Source of the DNA: a virus
Direction: 5' to 3' (one strand)
IMG/VR virus record: IMGVR_UViG_3300044641_004147
Location: 29,347 to 93,346 of that record
DNA length: 64,000 bases
The notes under the pieces are model-generated. The model was not told where the DNA came from and made no database searches. It was given only the letters and a program-made list of their open reading frames with translations. The translations under genes and the position numbers were made by a program. Each line of letters starts with the position of its first letter. The stretch's first letter is position 1. Below are positions 30,776 to 41,228 of this stretch, one piece after another.

Positions 30776-32164
30776 ATGGCATTTCCATCATCTGCAGCAA
30801 ATGGTCAAATAATTTCAAATAATGGCATTGCATATATCTACAACCTTTCCACAAATTCTTGGAAAAAATACGCCTCTACAAGTGCTAATATTATTACCAC
30901 TGACACAGCCAATGTAACATCAAATACTTCAAGTACTAGTACCACAACTGGCGCCTTACAAGTTACCGGCGGTATAGGTGTGCAAGGTAATGTCTTTGCC
31001 AGTGCAGTGTATACCAACAGTTATTTTTATGCAAATGGAACAGTATTCAGCGGTGGCGCAGGTTCTACTGGTTTCACTGGTAGTGCTGGCTCAGTTGGGT
31101 TTACTGGTAGTTTGGGTACAACTGGTTTTGTGGGTAGTCAAGGATCCTCAGGATTTACAGGTAGTTTTGGATCAACTGGTTTCACTGGTAGTACTGGCGT
31201 AGGCTTTGCTGGCAGTGCCGGGTTTACAGGTAGCACCGGTACAGGATTTACTGGTAGCACCGGCGCACAAGGTATAATTGGATTTACTGGCAGTTCCGGA
31301 ACTGGTGGCGGAGGTGGTGGTGGCTATACAGGCAGTGCCGGAACACCAGGCACCTTAGCGTCTGGTCAAGCAACTAATACATTCACGGGCAACGGATCTA
31401 CCACAGCGTTTACTCTGTCAGTGGCACCTGTTAGCAAAGATGCAGTTACTGTTAACATTGACGGTGTTACACAACAGCGCAGTGGTTACACAGTTAATGG
31501 CTTTGTTCTTACCTTAGATGAAGCTCCATTATCGGGTGAAGTCGTTGAAGTTACTGTGGCCACATATGGCACCACAAATTTTGTAACTAGAACTTATACT
31601 GGCAATGGTAGCACAGCCAATTATGCAGTTACACTAGGCGCCACAGTTGATTCAGTGATTGTCACAGAAAATGGCGTGGTACAGACTCCAACATCAGATT
31701 ATACTATCACAGGCAATGTACTGTCATTTGTAGGAGGAGCGCCAGCAGCTGGCACAGCCATTGGCGTTAGAGAAATTCCTGCAGGCTCTGTTGGTGGTAA
31801 CAGTGTTTACAGTAGAACAGCAATCACTGCCACAGCCGGACAGATTAGTTTTGCTGTGGCATACAATGTAGGATTCTTAGAAGTATACTTCAACGGTGCT
31901 TTGTTAAATGCCATTGACTACACAGCCACAAACGGATCCACTGTAGTATTAACCGATTCGGCTGCTGTCGGAGACATTGTAGAGTTTATTACATACAATG
32001 TAGTGCCAGTTACACAAGTACCCACAGCTACATTTAACAGTACTAACTTAACAGCTAATTTAGCTATTACCGCTGGCTACAGTGCGGTCAGTGTGGGTCC
32101 AATAAATATTGCTGACGGAGTATCTATTAGCATTGCAGATGGACAGAAATGGGTGATATTATAA
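30776..32164 (+). CDS. Fibre/virion structural protein
   Basis: MAFPSS..NGQ module, GxTGS repeats, two [FY]TGNGST repeats and a TATAGQ...DYTATNG repeat. Confidence 0.75.
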   Translation: MAFPSSAANGQIISNNGIAYIYNLSTNSWKKYASTSANIITTDTANVTSNTSSTSTTTGALQVTGGIGVQGNVFASAVYTNSYFYANGTVFSGGAGSTGFTGSAGSVGFTGSLGTTGFVGSQGSSGFTGSFGSTGFTGSTGVGFAGSAGFTGSTGTGFTGSTGAQGIIGFTGSSGTGGGGGGGYTGSAGTPGTLASGQATNTFTGNGSTTAFTLSVAPVSKDAVTVNIDGVTQQRSGYTVNGFVLTLDEAPLSGEVVEVTVATYGTTNFVTRTYTGNGSTANYAVTLGATVDSVIVTENGVVQTPTSDYTITGNVLSFVGGAPAAGTAIGVREIPAGSVGGNSVYSRTAITATAGQISFAVAYNVGFLEVYFNGALLNAIDYTATNGSTVVLTDSAAVGDIVEFITYNVVPVTQVPTATFNSTNLTANLAITAGYSAVSVGPINIADGVSISIADGQKWVIL

Positions 32165-32165
32165 T

Positions 32166-33194
32166 ATGCCAAGTAAAGCAAGACAATTAGGATCGGCAAT
32201 TAGCACAGGAGGTGCACTGAGCGGGGGCGCCGGGGCTACACTCACAGTAGGAAACACAGCACAGCGGCCAGCAAGCCCTGTCAATGGCCAGATGTATCTG
32301 AATAGTACAACAAGTTACGTACAAGTTTACTACAACAACACATGGAATAATTTGAACTTTGTTGGCGGAATAGTTGCAACCGGTGGAACTGTAAGCATCG
32401 TTGGTGGCTACAAATATCACACTTTTACTTCGTCTGGCACTTTTGTTGTAACACAAACCGGTCCTGCATCAACTATCGATATTATAGTCGTAGGTGGCGG
32501 TGGCGCAGGTGGCGGCGGCGGATATTCCCAGGTCCGAGGTGGCGGCGGCGGCGCAGGTGGCGTATTAGAAAACATTGGAATTTCTGTTTCAACAACAAGT
32601 TATGCTATAGTAATTGGTGCAGGTGGAGCTGGAGTTGCTGGACTTGGTGGCACAGGTGGTGCAGGAACTAATACTACAGCATTGGGATTTACAGCATCGG
32701 GCGGCGGCGGCGGTGGCTCTTACCTTACAGGGCCTACCGCAGGCGCATCAGGTGGCGGTGGCGGAACAGGAGAAGTATCTGGTAGGTTACCGGGTGCAAG
32801 TGCCACACAAGGATTTGCCGGTGGCAACGGTGTTGCATACGCTAATAGTACCGCAGCAAGCGGTGGCGGCGGCGGTGGAGCCGGTTCTTTGGGATTAAAT
32901 GCGTCCGGTGGCACTGGCGGTAACGGCGGCGCCGGAAAAACAGCCGCAATATTTACAACGTTTGGTGTCGCCGGTGTGTTTGCAGGCGGCGGCGCCGGCG
33001 GCGGTGGCGTTACTTCTGGAATTGCTGGCTCAGGCGGTGGCGGTGCTGGTGCAGCAGGTAGCGGTGCTGGCGGCGCAGCAACAATAAATTCTGGTTCGGG
33101 CGGCGGTGGTGGCGCATCGGGCGGCGGCAACCCCGATGATCGAGCAGGCGGTGCCGGTGGTTCGGGTATAGTTATCATAAGGTACGCAATATAA
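32166..33194 (+). CDS. Gly-rich adhesin-like protein
   Basis: GNTAQRPASPVNGQMYLN module plus YKYHTFTSSG...GGSGIVIIRY domain. Confidence 0.75.
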   Translation: MPSKARQLGSAISTGGALSGGAGATLTVGNTAQRPASPVNGQMYLNSTTSYVQVYYNNTWNNLNFVGGIVATGGTVSIVGGYKYHTFTSSGTFVVTQTGPASTIDIIVVGGGGAGGGGGYSQVRGGGGGAGGVLENIGISVSTTSYAIVIGAGGAGVAGLGGTGGAGTNTTALGFTASGGGGGGSYLTGPTAGASGGGGGTGEVSGRLPGASATQGFAGGNGVAYANSTAASGGGGGGAGSLGLNASGGTGGNGGAGKTAAIFTTFGVAGVFAGGGAGGGGVTSGIAGSGGGGAGAAGSGAGGAATINSGSGGGGGASGGGNPDDRAGGAGGSGIVIIRYAI

Positions 33195-33195
33195 T

Positions 33196-33834
33196 ATGGC
33201 AAGCACAATAAACGCATCAACAACTTCAACCGCAGGTTTGGTCTACAACGCAGACGCCAGCGGTATACTACAGTTACAAAGCAACGGCGTCACCGGATTG
33301 ACAGTAGAAGCCAATGCCAGTGTAACTGTTAATACAACTTTGCAAACACCTAATGGTCGTGTAGAACCATTGGTGTTGGGTACTGCACAAACAACAACCA
33401 GTGGAACAAATATAGATTTTACTGGAATTCCCGTATGGGCCAAGAGAATCACAGTGATGCTAAATGGTGTTTCGACCAACGGAACAAGCGGACTGATAGC
33501 ACAGTTAATAGTGGCCGGTACTCCTGTTACTAGTGGATATATTGGAGCCAGTGATCACGCGATTTCTGGCATAGGCCCGGCCGCACACACCACTGGTTTT
33601 GGATTATCGGATGTAAGCACACTGGCAGCATACGCAATGAATGGCTGTTTGACATTTATTAAATTTTCGGATACTGTCTGGAATGGGTCGTTTGTTGGAT
33701 CTAGTATTACTGCTGGCTTTGTATTAGGAGCAGGATATGTGCCGGTCACTGGTGATGTAACTGGTGTTCGTATAACTACGCTAGGTGGAGCAAACACCTT
33801 TGACGCCGGCACAGTAAACATCATGTACGAATAA
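33196..33834 (+). CDS. Virion structural protein (hypothetical)
   Basis: 212-aa ORF with a TSGTNIDFTGIP.WAKRITV...FDAGTVNIMYE beta-rich domain. Confidence 0.7.
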   Translation: MASTINASTTSTAGLVYNADASGILQLQSNGVTGLTVEANASVTVNTTLQTPNGRVEPLVLGTAQTTTSGTNIDFTGIPVWAKRITVMLNGVSTNGTSGLIAQLIVAGTPVTSGYIGASDHAISGIGPAAHTTGFGLSDVSTLAAYAMNGCLTFIKFSDTVWNGSFVGSSITAGFVLGAGYVPVTGDVTGVRITTLGGANTFDAGTVNIMYE

Positions 33835-33846
33835 CAGGAATAAACA

Positions 33847-34773
33847 ATGCCATACGGAAAATTAGCATTAGATCAAATTGAAACTTCTGGCAGCTTGGCT
33901 GTCACTGGAAATGTCACAGTGTCTGGCAACTTGTCGGCTGCAAACATGTCAGGTCAAAATAGAATTATCAATGGAGCTATGGTAGTAGATCAACGCAATA
34001 CCGGAGCCAGTCAAACCATCACTGCTGCCGCTGCACTAGCCTATACAGTTGACCGTTGGTATGCTTATTCAACTGGGGCTAACGTAACCGGGCAACAAAT
34101 AGCTGGTAGCGGATTCAATTTGTTTGCTTATAGATTTACAGGCGCTGCCAGTGTGACTGCAATAGGATTTGGGCAACGTATTGAATCACTCAATTCAGGT
34201 GACATGGCAGGAACTACAGCCACACTCAGCGTAGAACTTGCCAACACATTGTTGACCTCTGTGTCATGGACTGCATTTTATGCCAACACCACTGACACGT
34301 TTGGCACATTGGCCAGCCCAACTAGAACACAAATAGCCACAGGCACATTCACTGTAAACTCAACATTAGCTCGTTACAGCACAAGAATAAATATTCCCAG
34401 TGCAGCCACTACCGGTATTGAAATTTTGTTCACGGTAGGGGCACAAACTTCAGGTACTTGGACCATAGACAACGTTCAACTTGAGCCCGGTACACTGGCT
34501 ACACCATTTAAGCGTAGGCAGGTTGGAGAAGAATTGTTATTGTGTCAACGCTATTACGAAGTAAAAACAGCATATTCTGTCACCAAAGGTGCTCAATATG
34601 ACAGTGCTTCTTGGATTTTTGTTCCGCAATATGTGACTAAAAGAGTTATTCCTAATATCACTTGCACCGCCTCTTTCTCCAATCCTTCGAGTCGTAGGAC
34701 AACAACAGCAGCGGTTATGACATCTGCTAATGCACTAGACGGCGCAACTGTATTCATTGACGCAGAATTATAA
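33847..34773 (+). CDS. Tail-associated protein with carbohydrate-binding-like domain
   Basis: NRIINGAMxVDQR...YTVDRW...VQLEPG..ATPF...EELLLCQRYY motif typical of phage tail proteins; CAGGA SD. Confidence 0.7.
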   Translation: MPYGKLALDQIETSGSLAVTGNVTVSGNLSAANMSGQNRIINGAMVVDQRNTGASQTITAAAALAYTVDRWYAYSTGANVTGQQIAGSGFNLFAYRFTGAASVTAIGFGQRIESLNSGDMAGTTATLSVELANTLLTSVSWTAFYANTTDTFGTLASPTRTQIATGTFTVNSTLARYSTRINIPSAATTGIEILFTVGAQTSGTWTIDNVQLEPGTLATPFKRRQVGEELLLCQRYYEVKTAYSVTKGAQYDSASWIFVPQYVTKRVIPNITCTASFSNPSSRRTTTAAVMTSANALDGATVFIDAEL

Positions 34774-34785
34774 GGATCTCAAACA

Positions 34786-35724
34786 ATGGCACTAACACTA
34801 GACGGAACTAACGGATTAACATTACCAAGTTGGACCACTGCTGGCAGACCCGCTACGCCACAGAATGGTCAAATGGGATTGAATACTACTCTGGGATACA
34901 TTGAGTGGTATTCGGACACTTTTTTAACTTGGTATCCTATATTTTCAGGACCAGCCTATTCAGTAAATTACTTGATTGTTGCTGGCGGAGCTGGCGGCAG
35001 TGACTACGGCGGCGGCGGAGCCGGCGGCTTATTAACTGGAACCAGTTTTCCACTTAGCCCTAGTGTTGTTTATACAGTTACTGTGGGTGCCGGCGGAACT
35101 GGTGGGTCTACCGGTACTGGTGGATCAAATTCATCTTTTATTGATCTTACTGCCATCGGCGGCGGTAGAGGAGCAGCTACATCAGGCACAGGTGCATCTG
35201 GTGGATCGGGTGGCGGTGGAGGACATTCATCTGGTGCGGGCGGAGCTGGCACAGCAGGTCAAGGTAATAATGGCGGTACTGGTGGACCCGGTAGCCCGCA
35301 ATTTACTGCGGGCGGCGGTGGTGGCGCCGGAGCAGTAGGAGCAGTGGGAACTACAGTGACCGGTGGTGCGGGCGGCGGCGGACTAGCATCGAGTATTACA
35401 GGATCTAGTGTCACGTATGCTGGAGGTGGTGGCGGCGGAAGTTTTTCAGGGTCTGGCGGATCCGCTGCTGGAGGAGCAGGTGGCGGTGGCAATGGTGGAA
35501 GAAGCGGCACAGGTATTACAGCAGGAACAGTCAACACCGGAGGCGGTGGCGGTGGCTATGGTAATACCGGCTTTAGCGGTACCGCTGGTGGCTCGGGTAT
35601 AGTGATAATAACATATTCGAGTCTAGCACGACGGGGAACCGGTGGCGCAGTTACCAGCTATACATCAGGCGGCAGTACTTTTTGGGTACACTCATTTACC
35701 ACATCAGGAACATTTACAGCGTAA
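34786..35724 (+). CDS. Gly-rich adhesin-like protein
   Basis: WTTAGRPATPQNGQMGLN module plus Gly-rich domain; TAAGGA SD. Confidence 0.75.
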   Translation: MALTLDGTNGLTLPSWTTAGRPATPQNGQMGLNTTLGYIEWYSDTFLTWYPIFSGPAYSVNYLIVAGGAGGSDYGGGGAGGLLTGTSFPLSPSVVYTVTVGAGGTGGSTGTGGSNSSFIDLTAIGGGRGAATSGTGASGGSGGGGGHSSGAGGAGTAGQGNNGGTGGPGSPQFTAGGGGGAGAVGAVGTTVTGGAGGGGLASSITGSSVTYAGGGGGGSFSGSGGSAAGGAGGGGNGGRSGTGITAGTVNTGGGGGGYGNTGFSGTAGGSGIVIITYSSLARRGTGGAVTSYTSGGSTFWVHSFTTSGTFTA

Positions 35725-35730
35725 ACAATC

Positions 35731-36723
35731 ATGCCAAGAACAAGAATTAAATCAAACAGCATAGACACTATCACAGGCGCAGGCTTGCCCGTAGGTACTA
35801 CAGCACAGCGTCCGGCTAGTCCCAGCAATGGACTGATGCGTATCAACAGTACCACAAGTTATATGGAAGTATACTATAATGGTACATGGAGCAATATTAG
35901 TCCAGTCGGAATTTATCCAATAGACTATTTAATTGTTGCCGGTGGCGGTGGTGGCGGTGGATCTGACTGTGGGGGTGGTGGCGGTGCAGGTGGACTGTTA
36001 GGCTCTAGTACAAATGTAATTCCTACTACATCTTATGCTATTACCATTGGCGCCGGTGGTGGTGCTGGAACTTCTACTTTTGGTGGCAACGGTGGTAGTT
36101 CTTCAATTGGCACATTAGCTATAACCGCCATTGGTGGCGGTGGTGGCGGTAAAGGTAATGTTAACGACACCATCACTGGTGCTGGCCAAGTCGGAGGCTC
36201 GGGTGGCGGTGGTGGCTGGGGCGCCAGATTGGGAGCCGCTGGAACTGCTGGACAGGGAAATGCCGGTGGTAATGGTAATGGTAGTCAAGGCGGAAGTACC
36301 ACAGGTGGAGGTGGAGGTGGAGCCGCCGCAGCAGGCACCAGCAACAGTGATCCTGGGAACGGTGGCGCTGGCTCATCAGCATATTCAACTTGGGCTACAG
36401 CAACATCCACAGGAGCCGGTGGATTTTATGCTGGCGGTGGGGGCGCCGGAACAGACACATCAACATCATCAGGCGGTGCAGGTGGCGGAGGTGCAGGCGC
36501 TCGAGGAAGTCCAGCTACTACTCCTACTGCTGGAACAGTAAACACTGGTGGTGGTGGCGGTGGCGGCCGAGGTTATAGTGGCACTGGAGGCGCCGCCGGA
36601 GGATCTGGTATAGTAATTATTCGCTATCAAAGTACTTTTCAACGAGGATCTGGCGGCACAATTACCACTTCTGGCGGCTACTATTATCACACCTTTACTT
36701 CGTCCGGAACATACACAGCATAA
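35731..36723 (+). CDS. Gly-rich adhesin-like protein
   Basis: GTTAQRPASPSNGLMRIN module (paralogous to 32166) plus Gly-rich domain. Confidence 0.75.
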   Translation: MPRTRIKSNSIDTITGAGLPVGTTAQRPASPSNGLMRINSTTSYMEVYYNGTWSNISPVGIYPIDYLIVAGGGGGGGSDCGGGGGAGGLLGSSTNVIPTTSYAITIGAGGGAGTSTFGGNGGSSSIGTLAITAIGGGGGGKGNVNDTITGAGQVGGSGGGGGWGARLGAAGTAGQGNAGGNGNGSQGGSTTGGGGGGAAAAGTSNSDPGNGGAGSSAYSTWATATSTGAGGFYAGGGGAGTDTSTSSGGAGGGGAGARGSPATTPTAGTVNTGGGGGGGRGYSGTGGAAGGSGIVIIRYQSTFQRGSGGTITTSGGYYYHTFTSSGTYTA

Positions 36724-36735
36724 TTTGGGTAAACT

Positions 36736-39700
36736 ATGACAACACGAATCAGTAGTAATAACTTAGACACTTCAGTAACAGCTCAATTTGGGCCAAAAAT
36801 TTCTGGCATCGTTGTAACCAATGACAGTTACACTAACCTAGATGATACCGCAGTGGATATAGCCGGAGGCTACATTAAAATTATAGGCACAGGTTTTGCT
36901 ACAGGTTGTCAAGTTTTAATTAACACTACACCAGCAACCAGTGTTACTTATATCAGCAGTACCGAAGTTAGAGCACAGTTGCCAGCCACAGCCGCAGGTA
37001 CTTATGTGGTTTATTTGGTTAACACAGATGGTGGTGTGGCTATCAGATTCAATGGCGTTACTTTCAGCGGTATACCCACTTGGTCTACCAGCAGTGCTTT
37101 AGCTGGGGCTGACACAGACTCTGCAATAAGTATCCAATTAGCAGCCACTGGCGACACTCCTATGACCTATGCACTACAGGCTGGCAGTAGCTTACCTGTG
37201 GGCTTGTCTTTAAACAGCAGTGGCCTGCTGTCAGGCGCGGTCACCGGACTTAACAACGATACCACTTATAATTTTACCGTTGTGGCCACGGATGCACAAT
37301 TGCAAGACAGTCCCAGAGCATTTAGCATTACCATTACCTCTGGAGATCCAAGTTGGGCGTATGTCTCAACATTGTTAAACGCAGATGTTATGCCATTTAA
37401 CGCAGATACTAGTACTAATAACTTTGCCGTAAGTGCGTTTGGCGATACTAGACCTAATAATTTTGGCCCCTACACACCAGGTTATTATAGTGTGGCTATG
37501 AATGGTGGAACCAGTGGTGATCTATTGAGTTTTCCTAGCAGTTCTACGGCATACAATCTCAGTGGCGGAACTTGGACAGTTGAGATGTGGATGTATCCCA
37601 CAATGTCCACATTTTCGGATGGAGATTGTAGAATACTAATGGCCGGGTCAAACGGTACTAACTCGGCATGGCAGTTATTTATAAACAGTAATCGTCTCAT
37701 CGGATTTGGGATTCCATTCGGAGGCACTACAAGCGTATTCACAGGCAACAGTGCTTTTTCTTTTAATACATGGACCCATGTGGCTGTGGTATGCCAGGCC
37801 GGAAGTGCTATAATTTATGTAAATGGTGTAAGTGCTGGTGGCCCAACAAGTATAACATTACCTGCTTCTGTGTCTGTGGGATTTAAGATAGGCTACGATA
37901 ACGTAGGAACAGTCAGTACACAGTTTGCTGGATTTATTACTAATGTTCGCATCAACACAACAACAGCAATATACACAGCCGCCTTTACACCACCCACAGC
38001 ACCTTTAACGGCTGTTTCTGGAACCAGCCTGCTAACCTGCCAAAGCAATAGATATCTAGACACAAGTACAAATGCACTATCTGTTACTGTTGCCGGTAGT
38101 CCGCGGATATCAGGATTTGATCCATTTGTACCTGCCACTAATTACAGTACCTATGGTAGTACTTACTTTGATGGCACCGGTGATTATTTGTCTGTTCCTT
38201 CTAATAGTGCATTTGCATTTGGCACTGGGGATTATACAATAGAGGCATGGGTTTATATTACAGTAAGTGCTGCTCAGGCAATAGTAGGTAACGGAGACGG
38301 CGCTGTGGCGAACCCGTACTTTTACATTAATGGAACTACCCCTACTCTTTTCTTTAATAACGCCGCACTGGCATCGGGACCTGCTATTCCTCTAAATGCC
38401 TGGACACATGTTGCGGTTACAAGATCTGGTACACTAGTTCAAGTATTTACTAATGGAGTAGCCGGTACCGGTGCCACAAACGCAACCTCAATGATATCGT
38501 CTGGACTAACCATCGGTGCATCAAGCGTGCCGTCTCAGTTTATCACCGGATATATATCTAATCTTCGAGTCGTCAAAGGCACCGCGGTCTATACTTCGGC
38601 ATTTACTCCATCCACTCAACCACTAACTGCTATTGCCAACACCAGTTTACTAACACTGCAAACTAACACGCCAGCCAACAACAGCGTATTCATCGATAAC
38701 AGTACCAACAACTTCTTAATCACTCGCAACGGTAATACCACACAGGGCACATTCAGTCCCTACGGTGCAGGTTGGAGCAACTACTTTGATGGCACTGGGG
38801 ATTTTTTAAGTTTTCCTGCCACTGCGGCAACGAGCTTTGGTACAGGTGACTATACCATTGAGTTCTGGATATACCTAGTGGGTACTGGCGATTTCACTGT
38901 GTTTGATAATCAAGGTTCGGGCGGCGCCAGTCAAATATCTAGAATAAGTGGAACATTATATCACGGCAGTGCCAGTACCTGGTCATATACATTTACCAGA
39001 GATGTTTGGACACACATTGCTTTTAGCAGACAAGGAACTAATTTAAGATTATTTGCCAACGGAGCACTCCAGCAAACTCAAACCAATAGTAGCGTCGTTG
39101 GAAGTGCATCGAATACAAATACCATTGGCATGAGAAATGACAATTTTTATTCATTCAATGGATATCTTTCTAATCTGCGTATTGTAAAGGGCACAGCAGT
39201 ATACACTGCCGCATTTACACCAAGTGCAACACCACTACAACCCATTGCCAACACTAGTTTACTAACCTGTGCAGATCCTAGATTTGTAGATGATTCAGGA
39301 AACAACTTTGCCATTACTCGTAACGGTGATGTTAGCATTCAACGATTCAGTCCTTTTGCTGGCACCACATTGCCCGCACCCGCCTACAGTGCTTACTTTG
39401 ATGGCACTGGGGATCATTTAATTGTTCCTGCTATTACACCAACTGCTGGCAATGCAACAGTTGAGTTTTGGATATATCCTGCAACAACACAAGCGTACAT
39501 AGGAGATGCATTCATTGTAGGCACAACAGACAATACTGCAGGCACCTGGGCAATTAGTTTGAGCTCAAACAATACCATAGGTGTTTGGGTTGACGCCTAT
39601 AATAGTATTAAATTTGTTTCAACTACTGCTGTTAATAGAACTACCTGGAATCATATTGCACTGGTTAAAACAGGTGGTATAATCTACTTGTATGTAAATG

Positions 39701-41187
39701 GTGTACAGCAGGCATCAACATACTCTCAAGCAGGAACTTTTGGGCGCAATGCTACTATACACATCGGTCAATATTCCGCTGGCGGACAAAATTTTACCGG
39801 GCACATATCCAATTTAAGGATAGTTTATGGTACCGCAGTTTATACCGCAAACTTCACTCCACCCACAGCACCATTAACTGCAATAGCCAATACCAGTTTA
39901 TTAACCTGTCAGAGTGCAACATTCACGGACAATTCAACTAATGCATTTAGCATAACTGCTTTCGGCAACAGCCAACCATCACTATTCAGTCCATTTGCAG
40001 TCGCTTACTTGACTAAGCAAAGTTATACACCTGCGGTCTTCGGTGGCAGTATGTACTTTGATGGCACTGGTGATTTTTTAACTGTTCCTGACTCTACCGC
40101 TTTTACCATGGGAGCTGGCGATTTTACGCTTGAATGTTGGATAAATTTGTCAACAATTTCCGGTTCTCAAATAGTAATTGGAACTTGTGATTCAGGTGGT
40201 TCTCAGGGTTCTATGAGTTTTGTCCTGCAGGTTAACAGTGGAACACCTAGAATAGGAGTAGGTTATAACGGTGCTATGTATTTTGCTACAGCAGCATCTG
40301 CAATTACACCCAACCAGTGGTATCATATTGCAGGTGTTCGCAATGGTGCTAGTGTCTATATATATGTAAATGGAGTTCGATCTGCTCCTTTAGATATGGC
40401 AGCATTAGCTATAACTGATTCGTCACAAGTTGTTGGCATTGGTAGAAACGGTAATTTCAACGGGGAATATGTAACTGGATACATCAGCGATCTTCGCATA
40501 GTTAAAGGTCAAGCAGTTTACACCAGTAACTTTGCTCCTCCAGTAGCACCCTTGTCATTCAACGCAAATGCTGTATTACAAGTCAACGGAACCAGCGCCG
40601 GCGTACTAGACGGTTCAGCAATGGTCAATTTAGAAACGGTTGGTGGCGCACAAATTAGTACAAGTATTAAGAAATACAGCACTGGTAGCATATACTTTGA
40701 TGGCACTGGGGATTATTTGGCTACAAACAGTACACTAATAACAAATTTTGGAGCAGGACTGTTTACTATAGAATCTTGGGTATATTTTAATTCTGTGTCA
40801 GGTACTCAATATATAATGTCAACTTATCAAGATTCAGGCACAGGCTGGGCCCTTGGCTTATTCAACTCAAAGTTTAATTTTTGGTCAACAGGAGACGGGC
40901 CAGATATTGTTGGCACAACCACTCCTGTTATTAACACATGGTATCACTTGGCAGCATCGGGCCAAACAGGATCAATAAAACTTTTTGTAAACGGAATTCA
41001 AGAAGGATCTACATATACTGGCGCAACAGCATTAAACTCTACATCCACTTTGCGTGTTGGCGACGGAGCAGGTGCCGCAGCCGGCCAAGCCTTAAACGGC
41101 TATCTAGACGATGTTCGTATCACCCGCGGTGCGGCCCGTTATATCACTACCTTTACTCCGCCTACGGGTGCATTCAGAGGCAAGTAA
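36736..41187 (+). CDS. IPT/TIG + He_PIG + six LamG/ConA-like domain protein
   Basis: The N-terminal module is paralogous to that in gene 2..2014. Repeated YFDGTGD...TxExW...WxHxA...GYISNLRIVKG domains follow. Confidence 0.85.
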   Translation: MTTRISSNNLDTSVTAQFGPKISGIVVTNDSYTNLDDTAVDIAGGYIKIIGTGFATGCQVLINTTPATSVTYISSTEVRAQLPATAAGTYVVYLVNTDGGVAIRFNGVTFSGIPTWSTSSALAGADTDSAISIQLAATGDTPMTYALQAGSSLPVGLSLNSSGLLSGAVTGLNNDTTYNFTVVATDAQLQDSPRAFSITITSGDPSWAYVSTLLNADVMPFNADTSTNNFAVSAFGDTRPNNFGPYTPGYYSVAMNGGTSGDLLSFPSSSTAYNLSGGTWTVEMWMYPTMSTFSDGDCRILMAGSNGTNSAWQLFINSNRLIGFGIPFGGTTSVFTGNSAFSFNTWTHVAVVCQAGSAIIYVNGVSAGGPTSITLPASVSVGFKIGYDNVGTVSTQFAGFITNVRINTTTAIYTAAFTPPTAPLTAVSGTSLLTCQSNRYLDTSTNALSVTVAGSPRISGFDPFVPATNYSTYGSTYFDGTGDYLSVPSNSAFAFGTGDYTIEAWVYITVSAAQAIVGNGDGAVANPYFYINGTTPTLFFNNAALASGPAIPLNAWTHVAVTRSGTLVQVFTNGVAGTGATNATSMISSGLTIGASSVPSQFITGYISNLRVVKGTAVYTSAFTPSTQPLTAIANTSLLTLQTNTPANNSVFIDNSTNNFLITRNGNTTQGTFSPYGAGWSNYFDGTGDFLSFPATAATSFGTGDYTIEFWIYLVGTGDFTVFDNQGSGGASQISRISGTLYHGSASTWSYTFTRDVWTHIAFSRQGTNLRLFANGALQQTQTNSSVVGSASNTNTIGMRNDNFYSFNGYLSNLRIVKGTAVYTAAFTPSATPLQPIANTSLLTCADPRFVDDSGNNFAITRNGDVSIQRFSPFAGTTLPAPAYSAYFDGTGDHLIVPAITPTAGNATVEFWIYPATTQAYIGDAFIVGTTDNTAGTWAISLSSNNTIGVWVDAYNSIKFVSTTAVNRTTWNHIALVKTGGIIYLYVNGVQQASTYSQAGTFGRNATIHIGQYSAGGQNFTGHISNLRIVYGTAVYTANFTPPTAPLTAIANTSLLTCQSATFTDNSTNAFSITAFGNSQPSLFSPFAVAYLTKQSYTPAVFGGSMYFDGTGDFLTVPDSTAFTMGAGDFTLECWINLSTISGSQIVIGTCDSGGSQGSMSFVLQVNSGTPRIGVGYNGAMYFATAASAITPNQWYHIAGVRNGASVYIYVNGVRSAPLDMAALAITDSSQVVGIGRNGNFNGEYVTGYISDLRIVKGQAVYTSNFAPPVAPLSFNANAVLQVNGTSAGVLDGSAMVNLETVGGAQISTSIKKYSTGSIYFDGTGDYLATNSTLITNFGAGLFTIESWVYFNSVSGTQYIMSTYQDSGTGWALGLFNSKFNFWSTGDGPDIVGTTTPVINTWYHLAASGQTGSIKLFVNGIQEGSTYTGATALNSTSTLRVGDGAGAAAGQALNGYLDDVRITRGAARYITTFTPPTGAFRGK

Positions 41188-41193
41188 AATCTC

Positions 41194-41222
41194 TTGCAAG
41201 TCCGATTTATTTGCTATATAAT
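41194..41222 (+). promoter_or_regulatory. Sigma70-type promoter, leaderless
   Basis: TTGCAA (41194-99), 17 bp, TATAAT (41217-22); ATG follows after 6 nt. Confidence 0.75.
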
Positions 41223-41228
41223 AGCATA

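Noticed and set aside
2480-31340. CRISPR-like or ice-nucleation-type repeats
   Set aside because: The repeats are in-frame, synonymous-variable and have a 3/6-residue Gly period (collagen-like). They are not constant repeats with spacers, nor the AGYGST 8/16-residue period.
526-40706. Numerous minus-strand Pro/Ala-rich ORFs and short alternative-frame ORFs in the fibre array
   Set aside because: They are shadows of GGN/ACN-rich sense codons and lie almost entirely within long coherent + strand genes.
1-41187. Diversity-generating retroelement or invertase shufflon acting on the fibres
   Set aside because: No reverse transcriptase, recombinase, adenine-specific TR/VR pair or inverted cassette was seen in the window; one elsewhere in the genome cannot be excluded.
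40938-41228. 97-aa N-terminal extension of the glycosyltransferase ORF
   Set aside because: It overlaps the upstream gene in another frame and contains the sigma70 promoter; the GT fold starts at MKIAIID (41229).
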